From Gekko japonicus (taxonomy: Eukaryota), in assembly GCF_001447785.1 (NCBI RefSeq), contig NW_015174282.1:997830-1061829 (forward strand): a DNA stretch of 64,000 nt, read 5' to 3'. The first letter of the stretch is position 1; every line of letters starts with the position of its first letter. The position numbers and the translations under genes are program-made. Of the stretch, positions 36,459-49,527 are shown piece by piece. The notes under the pieces were generated by a model that saw only the letters and a list, made by a program, of their open reading frames with translations, did no database searches and was not told where the DNA came from.

Positions 36459-37889
36459 GACTAAAAAAAATGATTCCTCAATAAGCTTTTGTGAGTCAGA
36501 GCTCACCATCAGTAATAGTTACCAAAGCAGTCTGCTAATGCTAGCTATACCGCCTTTATATATATATTTGTTTTTGAAGCAAGATTTGGATAATGAGAAA
36601 ATAGTGACATGACTATGGAATCTGGCAGGTATTTATCACTGCTATAGGATGAGGTCACAAAGACTGAGAAATGATAGTTCCCAGCATGAGGTGTTATTGA
36701 TCAACCTTTACTTTTTTCTGAGAATTGCAACTTTGGGGTGGTGCTGGATCTTTATTGTGTCTGGACTATCAAAGTAGTGGCTAGGCCCCTTTTAAAAACT
36801 GATGCTACAGGATACCTGGGGGGGGGGGGGCAGATGCCAGGAGGGTTGTTTATGCTCTATGCTATCACCCTCCTGCCTCCCCCAAAAGTTCTGAACTGCC
36901 AAAGCTAAGATCTTTGGCTTCTACATATTTTGGACAAATCTGGGTCTGCTTATCAGGGGGCAATGTCCTATACTTAAACTAGCAAATTCTATTCAGCACT
37001 TCTCTTATCTGGTTCCCCTTCTACATTGGGAATCATAGGCAATACCTAGGGCCAATTCTGGTAGTGTTGCTCAAATGGAAGAAAGTGTCACCAAAGTTCT
37101 AGTGTCCTAGAGTAGTGAGGTGGTAATAAGCTTGTGAACAAACTTGGGGTGATTGCATTCATGGATGACAAACAGGTCTATACTTCTCTCCAAATCTGGT
37201 TTTCTGCCATGGAATACTTTATGGCCAAAAGGATTTCGTCATAGATGTTTAACTGCTTAATATATTAACAGTTTAATATTCCATCCTCAGTCCTTGGTAT
37301 TGTGTTGCCTTTATATTGCTGTTTGCATTATCCTACCCTTTGATATGGTTAGATGTGTTTATTTCACACCACTCAATATAATTTCCATTATACAAAGCCA
37401 TATTCAGTATTATCAAGTTAATGTTGTTTACTGCCCCATTATACAGTTGTAAATTAAACACAGTAAAAATGTGTGGGAAAATACACCATCTTCTCATTAG
37501 ATATTGCGCTAATCCTATTAATTAGTTGTTGCTATAAACTTAAATATCTGTGAATTCTTTGTCTCCATTGTAGTTTATATCATACATCTCAAAATTCAAA
37601 TATTTTCCTATGTGGCTTCAGAAGAACCAACTATCTACGTTAATGTTAAAAAAGACTCGTTTTGCCTCTTTCCTTCCCTGTTGGTTTGGCCTTTCTAAGA
37701 TAATACTGAACATATCTAAGTTCTAGAAAATAAGGCTGTTCAGTGGCTAGGTAACTTTGAAATAGCGCAGGTGTAAAAAAGGAAATGAATTGCATTGTCT
37801 CACAAGCCTTGTAAAAGAGGACTTGTTTAGCAACTGCTAATGATGGAGGTGTGTGTTCCATGACGGTGTGGTACTGGAAATGTTACAGT

Positions 37890-38300
37890 GGCCCGGGTTA
37901 CACGGGCCAGATAATCCACAGGGGAACGAAGGCTTTTAGCTGCGGAGAAAAAAGAAGCGCGGTAGCGCAATCTCACGTTCCCCCGCAGTTCCGTACTCCG
38001 GCCCTCAGCAGCCGATCAGACCAGCGAGGCAACACAGCAGGACCGCATGTGTGTGCATGCGCCCGACGCGGACAACTGCTGGATGCGACGGGTTACCAGC
38101 GTGTCTCCGATCAGACGCTCGCCCGTGCCGCGCATTTACTGGAAGATAGTATTTTGAAGCAGGTAGTTTTTAACTCTGGGTTTTCTGCGGGAAGCCACGG
38201 GTTGGCCGTGGGTGCACTCCACTTGCCAGATGTGGCTGTGTGATTGCACCCAAATAATCCGCCCAACCCCCGTGGTTCTTCCGCAGCTACTTCCGCGTAG
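37890..38300. mobile_element. Truncated Harbinger-type MITE related to 11259-11773, opposite orientation
   Basis: GGCCCGGGTTACACGGGCC matches the reverse complement of the 11773 end. CCAGATGTGGC.GTG.GAT.GC.CCC..A.AATCCGCC is shared. The second TIR is missing. Confidence 0.7.
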
Positions 38301-39207
38301 GTATGTTTTTAAAAAATGGATTTTCCTTAACTTCTCAGCCTGCTGATTTTCTCGAGAAGGCTAACATTCAGTTACTGGCAGATCTGGCATTTTTCTGTAT
38401 ACAATCTATTGATTACTTCAGTTAAAAAAATAGCATTTTTTTCAGGTACAGTTTTAAAGACTTTTTCTACCAATTTTCTGGAATTCAACTCCCACAGCTA
38501 TTGCTGCTCTTATTAGCTACTTATTTGGTTTAGTGAGAATTTATATATTGTGTGTATTGAGAATAATTAATTGTTAACTTCAGTTCAAAGTGGCTCATAC
38601 ATTATGTGTTCTGGCGTACGTTTGAAACTGTTCTGGGAATATGTTTTCAATGCTGATATACTTTTATACCACAGAATATTTAAGCATGTATCTGGTTAGT
38701 GCTATCTGATGCACATATAGTATTGTCCAGCAAGTAGAACTGTCAGATGCAAGTCATGACAGTGTCTCTTGTATAACTTGATAATTGTGATGGCTTGTTT
38801 TTATTGCAATGACATAATGAAATGACAGTTTAAGTTAGTTTCAGGTCTTGGATTAGCAGTACACCTGACTAGCTCTAATGGCAGGTAACATTGCTGTAGA
38901 CACAATTTCATCACTGTTAGACATGGTTAGATAAACGCTTTAGATCTGAGAGTACATATGGCCTGCTTTTGATTGCCTAAGCACGGAATCATCATCAAAT
39001 GATTCCAGAGGGAACGAGGCTCTGCTCTTACCAGGGCAATTCTAGTGTACACTTGGCAGCTCAGTAATAAAAAGGGTAGGTGGGGATGTACCAAACTGAA
39101 TTAGTTTAATTTTTCTAGAGCTCTTCCTGATTTGTGAAGAAGGGACAGGTGTTGAGTTACTCAAAGTACACTACTCACATTATTGGCAATAATATGTGTA
39201 TCTTATT

Positions 39208-39420
39208 GATAGTAGCTCTCCAGGGTCTCGAGGTCCGTCACCCTTTTAAAAAAATATCTGGAGATGCAGGGCATTAAACCTAGGATCTTCCGCATTCAAA
39301 GAAAATCACTGAGCCATGGCCCCTCCCTTTTAAAAAAGTGATATCGCTAGTCAGGGTAGACGGTACTGACCTTGATAGGTGAATGGTTTGACTCAGTATA
39401 AGAGAGTTCATTTGTTCAAC
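39208..39420. mobile_element. tRNA/CR1-tail SINE (Squam2-like) with its 5' part inverted
   Basis: Head and middle on the minus strand (39208-39325). CR1-like 3' part (AGTCAGGGTAGAC...GACTCAGTATAAG) on the plus strand (39349-39420). Confidence 0.5.
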
Positions 39421-40705
39421 ACTGAACTGTTCATTGCCATGGTGTATGAATTCCTTTAAAAAAAAAAACACTTGGTGGGCACAAACTGGAGCGCACAAAC
39501 TGTTAGGATTCGTATTCCCATGAGACACATAGCTGTAATGATAGCTAACAGTAGCTGTAAAATGTCATTTTAATTAGACCTAATCTAATGAGATTAATCT
39601 CTTACTGTATGTAGAGGTCCTTTTCAAATTTCTTCAAGAAAAAGTTCCCCAGAATGTTGTTGGCTTTTGTGCCAGTCCCATCCAGGGGTATTTATATCAG
39701 AACAACTACTTGAATTAGAGGTTTGAAGATATCCAGAGCTGATGTTCAGAGACTATTAAAAACCCGCACATTTCCTTTTAAATCTGCCACTGACATAATA
39801 TTTTCTTTGTAGCAATAACTTGAGATAAACCTAGTGACCATTCACTTCATCAGGTAATGGCTAGAGGGAGAAGAATATACTTTTGGTTGAATCTGAAAAT
39901 AATTCTTATTGATGAGCTCTTTGATTTAGTAGTTAATATTGCAAATATAGACTAATTGTTGTACTCTGTTCAGTGGTATATTAACTGCTGAAAAACCAGC
40001 TGTGTGCCGTAAGAGTAGATATGGCTTGGAGTCATGCTGCCTCTTTCTAAAAGAGATGCAGGAAAATGTAAGCATGTCATAATCCATAACAATGTATGTA
40101 CCTTTATGACAGAAAGGAAACTGTAAAGCCTTTGCTAGAGACAATACCTTTTATTTATTTATTTTTCCCATTTCAAAGCTGCCCTATATTTAGGGCAATT
40201 TTGACAACTAAGACATCCAGTATTTACTGCTTGCTGTTGCAAATACAGTTTAAATTAAAAAGCTAATATGTTCAGGCTCAGACTTTTGCTAGAACTTAGA
40301 GTTTGGGTTCATTTGATGTGCTTCAGTTTTCTTGATTGGATATATTCATTGTGATATCATCAAAGTGCTCCAAGAATATGTAAAGATGAAATAATGTAGT
40401 ATGTCTTTGAAATAGTGCTTGCCCTGGAAGCCATTGGAAGACTTTTATGTATAGTGAATCTGTGGTGTAGTGTGCTCCCGCATTCTGTAAACTTTTGACA
40501 GTTCGGCAGGGATGCTCTGTCTTTTAAAGATCAATATGTTAAAACATAGACTCTTGGAGAAGAATACATTAGCAAAAGGGCATTTAAAAAAATTGAAATG
40601 GCTTTATTAACAGCATCAATGTTTGTATACTGTAATCTTAAAAACACTTTATTGGGCGTAATCACCTTTTAATAGACCTGAGTAGGGTTCTGAGATTCAT
40701 AGGTT

Positions 40706-42770
40706 AGAGCAAAGCTTTTGACTGTGTGGATCATGACAAGCTATGATTGGTTTTAAAAGAAATGGGTGTGCCACAGCATCAAATTGTTTTGATGCACAAC
40801 CTGTACTCTGGGCAAGAGGCTACTATTAGGACAGTGTATAGAGAAACAGAAAGGTTTCCAATTGGCAAAGGTGTCAGACAAGGCTGTGCTTCATCTCCCT
40901 ATCTCTTCAGTCTATATACAGCGCATATCACAAGGAAAGCTGAATTAGGTCTAGATGAAGGTGGTGTGAAAATTAGTGGAACATTGACAATTTGACAATT
41001 TGAGTATGCAGATGATGCCACATTACTAGCAGAAAATAGTGAAGACTTGAAACGACTCCTGATGAAGGTTAAAGCAGAAAATACCAAAGCAGGATTATAG
41101 CTGAACATCAAGAAGACAAAAGGCAACGACTACTAGGGAATTACACAACTTTAAGGTTGACAATGGATTTTCTGCTCCCTGGCTCCATCAACCAAAAGGC
41201 AGACTGCAACCAAGAAATCAGAAGGAGACTGAGACTGGGAAGGGCAGCCATGAAGGAGCTAGAAAAGATTCTTAAGCGTAAGGATGTATCGCTGGCAACC
41301 ATGGTCAACTTAATTCATGCCATAGTATTCCCTGTTACTAGTTATGGTTATGAAAGTTGGACAGTGAAGAAAGGTGACAGGAAAGAAGTTGATTAATTTG
41401 AAATATGGTGTTGGAGGAGAGTTTTACGAATACCATGGACCGCCAAAAAGACCAACAAATGGGTTATAGATCAAATCAAGCCTGACCTCTCCCTGGAAGC
41501 TAAAATGACTAAACCGAGGTTATCGTGCCTTGGTCACATTATGAGAAGGCAAGTGTTAGCCAAACTGCTTTATGTACAGCAGATGGCAACTAAATTTAAC
41601 GCGAGTTCTTGCCAAAGTTTACGGAGGTCCGAATCCACCCCAGGTAGGTCCCAGTGAAAGAGACGAGATTGGTAAATTCAAAGCAATTTGTCTTTTACTG
41701 AGTAATATCAAAATCACATACACACAAAACAGAATCACTCACACTAGCAATCACGTTCCTTTAGAATACAGAAATAGAAAAATAATTTCTCTTTTACTTA
41801 GGAGGTAGGTTGGTATACGTTCATACTTATCTTTCCTGAAGCCTTGTCTGATGCAATGAATAATCGAGGGGTGAGAAAATAAGACCTAGGGATGTTTCTA
41901 ATTCACACCTGCCAGAACCAGCCAGGAAGGCGTGGACCTCTTTGGCTGCACACACCAAGAGATCAGAAATAGACAATAGGGTTGTTTGATAGAAAGCTGG
42001 ACTTTAGAGGTAGAAAGCAGACAGGGGATGTTGAAGGGGATTGCGGCTAGCAAAGACCCATCATTTGGTCCTCACTTTTTATAGTTGAATCTCCAGGTGG
42101 GTGGCAACCTTGCCATTCTGTAAACCCACCTACTTGCAAGTCCATCCCATAACCTCACTCATTGGTGCATGTAGAAAGGGGTGTGGACAATATTTGAAAC
42201 TCTAAACTCTAACTCATGGAAAGCCATCTGGTCAGGTGTGAAGTACTGGTATCCTGTATCTCCCTTGATGTGCAGATAGATCTTGGCTTTCCCAGGCAAA
42301 CAAGGCACCATCCAACAGGAAATGGCAATTCAGAAGCAGATCAGATCCATATACTGCGTGACATCGAGTCCTTCAGCAATGGGGGAATTTCTTCTCCTTG
42401 GTTGTTGTTTCTGCTAACAATGGCTAAAATGTGCTTCTCTTTCCCATAAGGCTCTGAGCTGAATGTGTGCAGACCTCATTAACATAAAATGCAGGCAAGT
42501 GTTCTCTATGTGAAATCTCTCACAATAGGTAATGCAAGCAGCTTTCCCTATGCCTGTGTGTGTGTCAGCAGATAAACAGAGAATATCAGTCTCTTCCTCA
42601 ACACAAGAGTCAAAGAGAATAATGCTAGCAAAATTTGAAGGCAGCAGGAAAAGAGGAAGATCCAACATGAAGTGAATTGACTCAGTCAAGAAAGCCGAGG
42701 CCCTCAGTTTGTGAGACCCGCTCAAGGCTTTAATAATAGTTGGAAGTGACTTGACTTCACTCACACCCAT
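40706..42770 (+). mobile_element. RTE (BovB-like) LINE 3' part, split by an LTR
   Basis: KAFDCVDH, GKGVRQGC, YADD, EIRRRLRLGRAAM, YGYESWT and FEIWCWRR motifs. The frame resumes after 42603 (KFEGSRKRGR). Confidence 0.9.
41554..42603 (-). mobile_element. Solo LTR, 1050 bp (4-bp TSD; ERV1- or Gypsy-type)
   Basis: TGTT...AACA termini and a CAAG TSD (41550-41553, 42604-42607). The minus strand has CCAAT (~42163), TATAAAA (~42080) and AGTAAA (~41697). Confidence 0.88.
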
Positions 42771-42925
42771 GGGGTTCAGAGCAACCTTGTTTAGGATTGC
42801 TCTTACTTGCCAACTATTTTGATGCACAGTATGATACACTTGAATTTGGAATTGCCTGTCTGAATTTTAAAGTGGCTTTTTTACAGTCGGTTTTACTTCA
42901 TAAGTTCTCCTGGTTGTGTCTCAAA

Positions 42926-43474
42926 GGCCATGATCACACGGGCAATTTGGCCCGATACAGGCACTCCTCCCCTCTGGATCAAATGGGCGCAGTCAGACAG
43001 CCACATCTGTCAGGTATTCCCCAGCCATACTTATCGTGTCATAGGATGACTTGGAGCTAGGTTAAAAAGGCACCACATCCCAAGTGGTGTTTTCAGTTCC
43101 CCACGCAGTCATTGAGCATGGCTAGATGCCTCAACGCAGGGCAGCGCATGCAGAACGGATTTGACAGTCTGAACCTGCAGATCTGTTGTGCTGCTAGGGA
43201 GGCGTCTTTTATATATTAAAAATTGCCTATATGTGCACATGCACACATGCGTATGCACTCCTATGCGCTCCTATGCATGTACATGAATTTTGGATTTTTT
43301 TGGCAGTGTGCTCTGTGGCTGAGGTGCTGCAAAAATGTGAATACTTTACCATGGGATGTCGCCGTGGTTAACCCACAGCAGGGTGTGCTATGTGGTTGAT
43401 ATGCCCCACAAAACTAAACCAGTTCAATTAGAGATGGCACCATATCGCGCCAAGCCGCCAGTGTGGCCACGGCC
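42926..43474. mobile_element. PIF/Harbinger-type MITE, 549 bp
   Basis: TIRs GGCCATGATCACACGGGC / GCCAGTGTGGCCACGGCC with AAA on both flanks. Shares CCACATCTG with the 11259 element. Confidence 0.75.
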
Positions 43475-44149
43475 AAAGCTTTGCAATCTATACTGATTTT
43501 TGGAATACCATTTCTGGTCTTGCATTCTGTAGATGCGTCAAGTCTGTCAGGTGTAATAATTTAATTACCAGGTAAAACAATAGTGATAGATCTTACTGCC
43601 CAAGAGTTCTTTCTTTTACTGAGGCAGTTTTGCTGGCCTGACTTAAAATAACATGAGTTAAACTTAAATTTGAGTGCTTATGTGTAAAACATTACTTCCT
43701 GAACAAAGAACTTCAGCTCATTCTTTTCTGTAGGAAATAAAGATTTTTTTTGTTGGTTATTAATGTTTTAGACAATATTTACCACATTAAAGAAGTCTTG
43801 GGAATAATGTATAAGCTTTAAATATATGCATATAATTATACACCCACACATACATATGCGTTTTTGCAACAATCAACATATTTAAATAAACTGAGTATAG
43901 TTTCTCTTATCTCAGTCTAAACTGCCAAAGAATGTAAATTACAGTCATCCTCTGTGTGGGTGTGTGGTCAGGTAGAAGCATGTACTAAACACATTTCCAT
44001 GTGAATAGTCCCATCTCTTAATTGGCTTTACAGGAGTGAATTAGGATGCAAGTGTAACAGAGTAACTTCCCCTCTGCTGTCTTCCTTTGCTATTCTAAAG
44101 GAACTGGAGGTTTAGATTAACACCTGGTGTGAAAGTGCAGGCTTCTAAG

Positions 44150-44300
44150 GCAGAGGTGTCAAACTCTTTTTTTTACAAGGGCTGGATCTGACATAAATGT
44201 TACTTTGTCCCGTGGGCCAGGCCATGTGTGCTGGGTACCAGAGATATAAACTTTATAAAATGACATAAGTAAACCCAATTAACAATATTATTTTTTACTC
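44150..44300. mobile_element. hAT-type MITE fragment
   Basis: CAGAGGTGTCAAACTC terminus followed by GGGCTGGATCTGACATAAATG. Only one end was recognised. Confidence 0.5.
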
Positions 44301-44689
44301 AAAATTATTTTTTACTCAAAAGCAATTGCTTCCTAGGAGTGAAAGCAATTGATTTACTGGGGAATCCACAAAAGCCCCAATAAATGTATTTAATCATATT
44401 CAAGACTAGGTTTCCCCCAAAGGATACCATAAGGGGGGGGGGGATCTTACATTTCCATACAAATTAGTTCCTTTTTGTCTATATAGCACTTTTAGGAGAT
44501 GAGTAAGGTAAAGTACTTTTTCAGCACCTCCCCCATACGCCCATCCTCAGCAGCCAAGAACAACTACAATCTGTCTCTCTCTTTGTTTCCTCTCTTCCCT
44601 GTCCTACCTTTTAGGGTTTTGAGGAGGCACACCGGACTTCCCCCTTCACTGCCCATCCCCACCACCACCTCCGCCACCACCTCTGTGAG

Positions 44690-46424
44690 TGACTGGCTCC
44701 GAGTGACCCAGATGACAGGAGGAGGGGGGTCTGAACCTGGCTCTCACAGATCCCCCCCACTCCCAGTTCTCATCCCTCCTGCATTTCCCACAGAACTGGC
44801 AGGGTTGAGGGGAAGGCCTAATGGAAAGGCTGTTTCTGAAACCATCAAGGGGTGCTTTGTGTTCTCCAGTTATCCCTTTTCCTGGATTGAGAACAGGTGG
44901 TGGAATAGTGGCGGCGGCGGCTCCTACTCAAAAGCCTGGCAGAAGAGCTCCATCTTGCAGGCCCTGCGGAACTGCCCAAGGTCCCGCAGGGCCCGGATCT
45001 CCTCCAGGAGCTCGTTCCACCAGGCAGGCGGCGCAAAACGCCCTGGCCCTAGTAGAGGCAAACTTAACGTCTCGGGGGCCTGGAACTTCCAGGAGGTGGA
45101 GACTCCCTGATCGTAGTGCTCTTGAGGGAACATACGGGAAGAGGTGGTCCCTCAGGTAAGACGGACCCCGGCCATTTAGGGCTTTAAAGGTAAGAACCAG
45201 CACTTTGAAGCGAATCCGGTATGCTATCGGCAGCCAGTGCAGCGCTTGCAGCACAGGCTGGATGTGATCTCGCCTAGAGAGGCCCATCAACAACCTGGCT
45301 GCAGCATTCTGCACTAGCTGCAGCTTCTGGATTTGCGACAGAGGCAGCCCTAAGTAGAGAGCATTACAGTAGTCTAGCCTTGAGGTGACTGTCGCATGGA
45401 TCACAGTGGCCAGGTCCTCAAGGTCAAGATGGGGGACCAACTGCCGAGCCAGCCGCAGATGGTAAAAGGCCACCTTGGCAGTGGCTGCCACCTGGGCCTC
45501 CATCGTTAACGAGGAGTCCAGGAGCACACCCCAAATCCTAACCTCCCACGCAGGCACCAAAGGCACCCCGTCAAAGGCTGGGAGAGGGAGCCCCATACCC
45601 TGACCAGTCCGACTCAGGCCCAGGACCTCCGTCTTTGCCGGTTTTAATTTCAACCGACTCAGTCTGAGCCAACCAGCCACAGCCTGTAACGCCTGATAAA
45701 AGTCATCGGGACCAGACTCTGACTGGCTGCCTAACATCAGTTAGAGCTGGGTATCATCAGCATATTGATGACACCCAATCCCACACCTCCGGGCAATCTG
45801 GGCGAGGGGGCATATATAGATGTTGAATAACATAGGGGACAACATAGCTCCCCAGGACACCCCACACTCAGAGGGGTGCCTTTGGGACCGCTGGTCCCCA
45901 ATCGCCACCCTCTGTCCCCGACCTTGAAGAAAAGAGGTGAACCATTGAAGAGCAAGCCCGTGAATCCCCATGTCGGGGTGCCCCGGAGGACCCCTCGCTG
46001 CAAGAGCAAGCCCCTGAATCCCCACGTCGGGGTGCCCCGCAGGACCCTTGCCACGTCAGTAGGCCAGAGCCGGATGTTCCTGGAGTCCCAGACTGCTTTT
46101 AAACCCAGCGCCCCAGTCGTGCTCTCACCACGCTGGGGTCAGCGGTGGAAACTCCGTGTAGTCTCCTGCACAGCTCCGCGGCTCCTAAGCTGTTATGGGC
46201 CTCACTGTGGACGGGAGCCACACCTACAGGCGCCAGCGTCTCCAGTTCTTCGTTCAGGAACCATCGATACCAATGCCACCCAGCAGCTGAGTACAGTATG
46301 CCGTTCCCAATGCACTTGCCTGCTGGAACCAACTAAACTTAGGCTAAAACCACTAAAATAGGCTAAATTAAAAGTACCACGGGGGAGCTCAGCACCCAAG
46401 CCTCACACCCGGTCGCCATCTTGG
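44690..46424 (-). mobile_element. Relatively young L2 LINE with a large internal deletion
   Basis: ORF2 C-terminal half (HQYADDTQL, SRLDYCNALY, LQLVQNAAARL, LHWLP...RIRFKVL) joined at ~46050 to a GC-rich segment whose outer end reads CCAAGATGGCGACC. It has a 54-bp duplication at 45948-46052. The 3' boundary is approximate. Confidence 0.8.
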
Positions 46425-48537
46425 TATGGTATGGTATATTATATTCCTGAATCTCAGTACCTGTATGGTATTCAGATTCGGTAAATATTTGGGATTTCTG
46501 AAATTTTTCTGCTCCATTATACCCTATGGGGACCATTATAGTTAATGGTCCCCATAAAGTATAATGGATAATTTATTCGGGGGTATCTGGGGCTCTGTGG
46601 GGGCTGTTTTTTGAGGAAGAGACACCAAATTTGTAGCATAGCTACTGGTGCCTCTCCTCAGTCATGCACCCAAGTTTGGCATTTCAGTTTCTACATACTC
46701 TTCTGCTAACTTGCTTCATACTAAAAAAACAAACAGATTTGCAGAGTTCCAAGTGTGGCATAATACTGGCTGGTCGTGCATCCAAGATGGAGGGAACTAG
46801 AGGTGGAAACCAATACAATGGAACCTTAAGGGTTAGGGTAAGAAGTTACATAGGCTTAATGAAATAAAGCTGGCCACATTCATGTATGTGACAGGAAGAC
46901 TTAAGCTACTGATTTTGACAGTGCAGCTGCCTCAGCTTAACTTCCCACATATGCAATGAAAGGAAGTGCTATTTTTAAAAAGGCATGATTTTGTACTCTG
47001 CATATTTCATATAGCTTCATTGTACACTGTTACTTTCTAATTTATGTATTTTCTGAAGGAACATATATGCTAATTAGTGACTATAGTTAATAACTTTCTA
47101 GCTAAATAGATCCTTTATGCTATCCAAAATTGGACAAAATCTCTGGTTACACAGCACACATGCTTTTTGCAGTGTTGTTGAGTTAGGAAGTTAATGGGTT
47201 TCTGTTTGGATCTCTGTGCAGGCAAGGCCTCTAAACAAGATCACTTACGTGTCATCTAAGTGCACAGAGTTTTCTAGAAATGATGTAGAAAGTAAATGTC
47301 CATTATGTTTGTTTGAAGAGTATAAATTTTCATGTTAAAAGCATTAATAACTATAATACATGTCATGTTAGTAATGTTGTATCTACAGTGTCAGTTATTT
47401 CCCCCCCCGTTATTCACCGTGTTTGTTTGGTTGGAAAGATTTGGTGTTCTAGATTTCAATATGTGTTTTGTATTGTATTCAGACATTTTGAACAACGTTG
47501 GTTTTAAAAGGGATAGTTAATAAACAGAACTGAAGGAAAATAACAGGAAACACCATGTAAGAGTTAATGGGGTAATGTTAGAAGCAACATATATATACAG
47601 AGTAAATTCAGGCAAGAGTCTTATATGTATATTGAAATATTCATAGCAAAGTGTAGCCATTATATTTTGCCTTTAACCATGGTACATAGAATTAGGAAAA
47701 CCAGGTTCAAAATCCTGTTTGGCTTTGAATCTCAGTGGCTGACCTTGTAAGCTGTAAACTAATGCATAGGTGATTGTGAGGGTTAAGTAGGGAGGGGAGG
47801 ACTATGTATGCCATCCTTAGCTCTTTAGAGTAAGAGGGAGAGAAAAATACAATGTGAGGTCATCAGTTCCACCTTTGACATGCAAATTTCTCATATATTT
47901 CCCCCTTTTCCTTTTCCTTTCCACTGTCCTTGATATCTGACACTATGCTTAACCTAGGCTTTGAAAGCTGGATTAGGAGCATGCCTTGGTGTGTGTGTAT
48001 TGTATACAGGAAAAGTTAAAAAACAGTGTACCAAATTCTAAATGCAGTACTGTGTGGCTGCATTCAAATAAATTATATCTTCTCATTATGAGAACAGGTC
48101 TGGGATGTATACACTTGCATGCTTCTTGCCAGGATGGTGTAGTGGTTAGAGTGTTCGACTAGGACAGAGGTCCCCCAATGTGGTGCCCATGCCCTAAATG
48201 GCACCCGCCGATGCCTTTCCTGGTGCCCACCAAGTCTTTTTAGAAAGTGGGTGAGACCAGGTGGGGCTTTTGCCCAGGAAGGCTGCTAATTGGCCATTTG
48301 AGATTAGATTGGCTGTGCAGGTTTTTTAAAAGGTTGCTTTGACAACAGCTACCATAGCAAAAGGAAGCTTGCTGCGTGACTTTGGGCCAGTTATATCCTC
48401 AGCCTATGTAAACTGCTTTGGGTCTGCACTTGGGAGAAAGGTGAGGTATAAATGAAATAAGCATTTTATGCATTTTGGGGTGTTGGAGACCTTCTGTATT
48501 TGCACCAAGTACTAGTTTATTGTTGCATCGGAACCAC

Positions 48538-48991
48538 AGCCGAGTTCAGACTGGCAGTTTGCTCCGATATAGGCACGAGCAGGAAACGTTTCACAAACGG
48601 ATTAAAGGGGCCGTTCACACAGGCATATCTGTCAGGCGTTCCCCAGCCGTACTCAACCCATCTTGTAACGCTGCCCTCCCGAGTTTAAAAGATACCAGAT
48701 GAAAGTGGTATCAGACCCTGGAAAGTGCAATTATCCCGCGTCCATCCCGCTTCCATGAAGTGTGAATGCGAAAAGCTGCGATCCGGTAGGGTTGCACATA
48801 ACCGGATTACCAGAAAAAGCCGCTTACAGCCGCGCCTCCGGGCCAACAGTGTGAACGCTCCCTTGCGCCTCCTCCCCGGTATGCTCCCGCATCAGTCGGT
48901 GCAGTGTGACCGGGAAAACCCGGAACAGTTTGTTCTGGGTCTTTTTTGCCACGACTCCCTCCCGCTTCAAACTGCCAGTCTGAACTCAGCT
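48538..48991. mobile_element. Harbinger-type MITE, ~454 bp
   Basis: 24-bp TIR AGCCGAGTTCAGACTGGCAGTTTG / CAAACTGCCAGTCTGAACTCAGCT (1 mismatch). Shares ATCTGTCAGG..TTCCCCAGCC and CCGATA.AGGCAC with the 42926 element. No TSD evident. Confidence 0.8.
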
Positions 48992-49228
48992 TGTGTTTGT
49001 TTCTTGCCTACAAGCAAGGATTAACCTGTGGTTCAGACTACTCTAGAAACAAAACCATAGTTTATGATTCTGATGTTTTGGGAAGTAGATTACTGCGAAC
49101 CTGAAAGTTGTCCTGATTTTTTTTATTGAACTGTTTAAGTGCAAACACTTCAAATTCAGTAAGATAAACTTTGTTTCACTAAGCACCAGAAATTTAAAAT
49201 GCAGTACAGTCTTGTTAGATCTTCTCTA

Positions 49229-49527
49229 TGGTCGGTAGTTCAGCAGTTCGAGACCCGAGTGCCGCAAGACGGAGTGAGCTCCTGTCTCTGGTCCCAGCTC
49301 CTGCCAACCTAGCAGTTCAAAAGCAAGAAATTGCAAGTAGATAAATAAGTACTACTTTGGTGGGAAGGTAACAGCGTTCCGTGCGCCTTGGTGTCTAGTC
49401 ATGATGGCCACATGACCACGGAAACGTCTTCGGACAGCGCTGGCTCTTTGCTTGGAAACGGAGATGAGCACTGCATCCCTAGAGTCAGATTCAACTGGCT
49501 TTCAAGCAAGGGAAACCTTTACCTTTT
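49229..49527 (+). mobile_element. 5'-truncated Sauria SINE
   Basis: Reverse-complement match to 35510-35864; ends ACCTTTACCTTT. Confidence 0.9.

Noticed and set aside
44928-45737. Longest ORF (269 aa) as a host gene
   Set aside because: It is the L2 ORF2 C-terminal half and is frameshifted at both ends.
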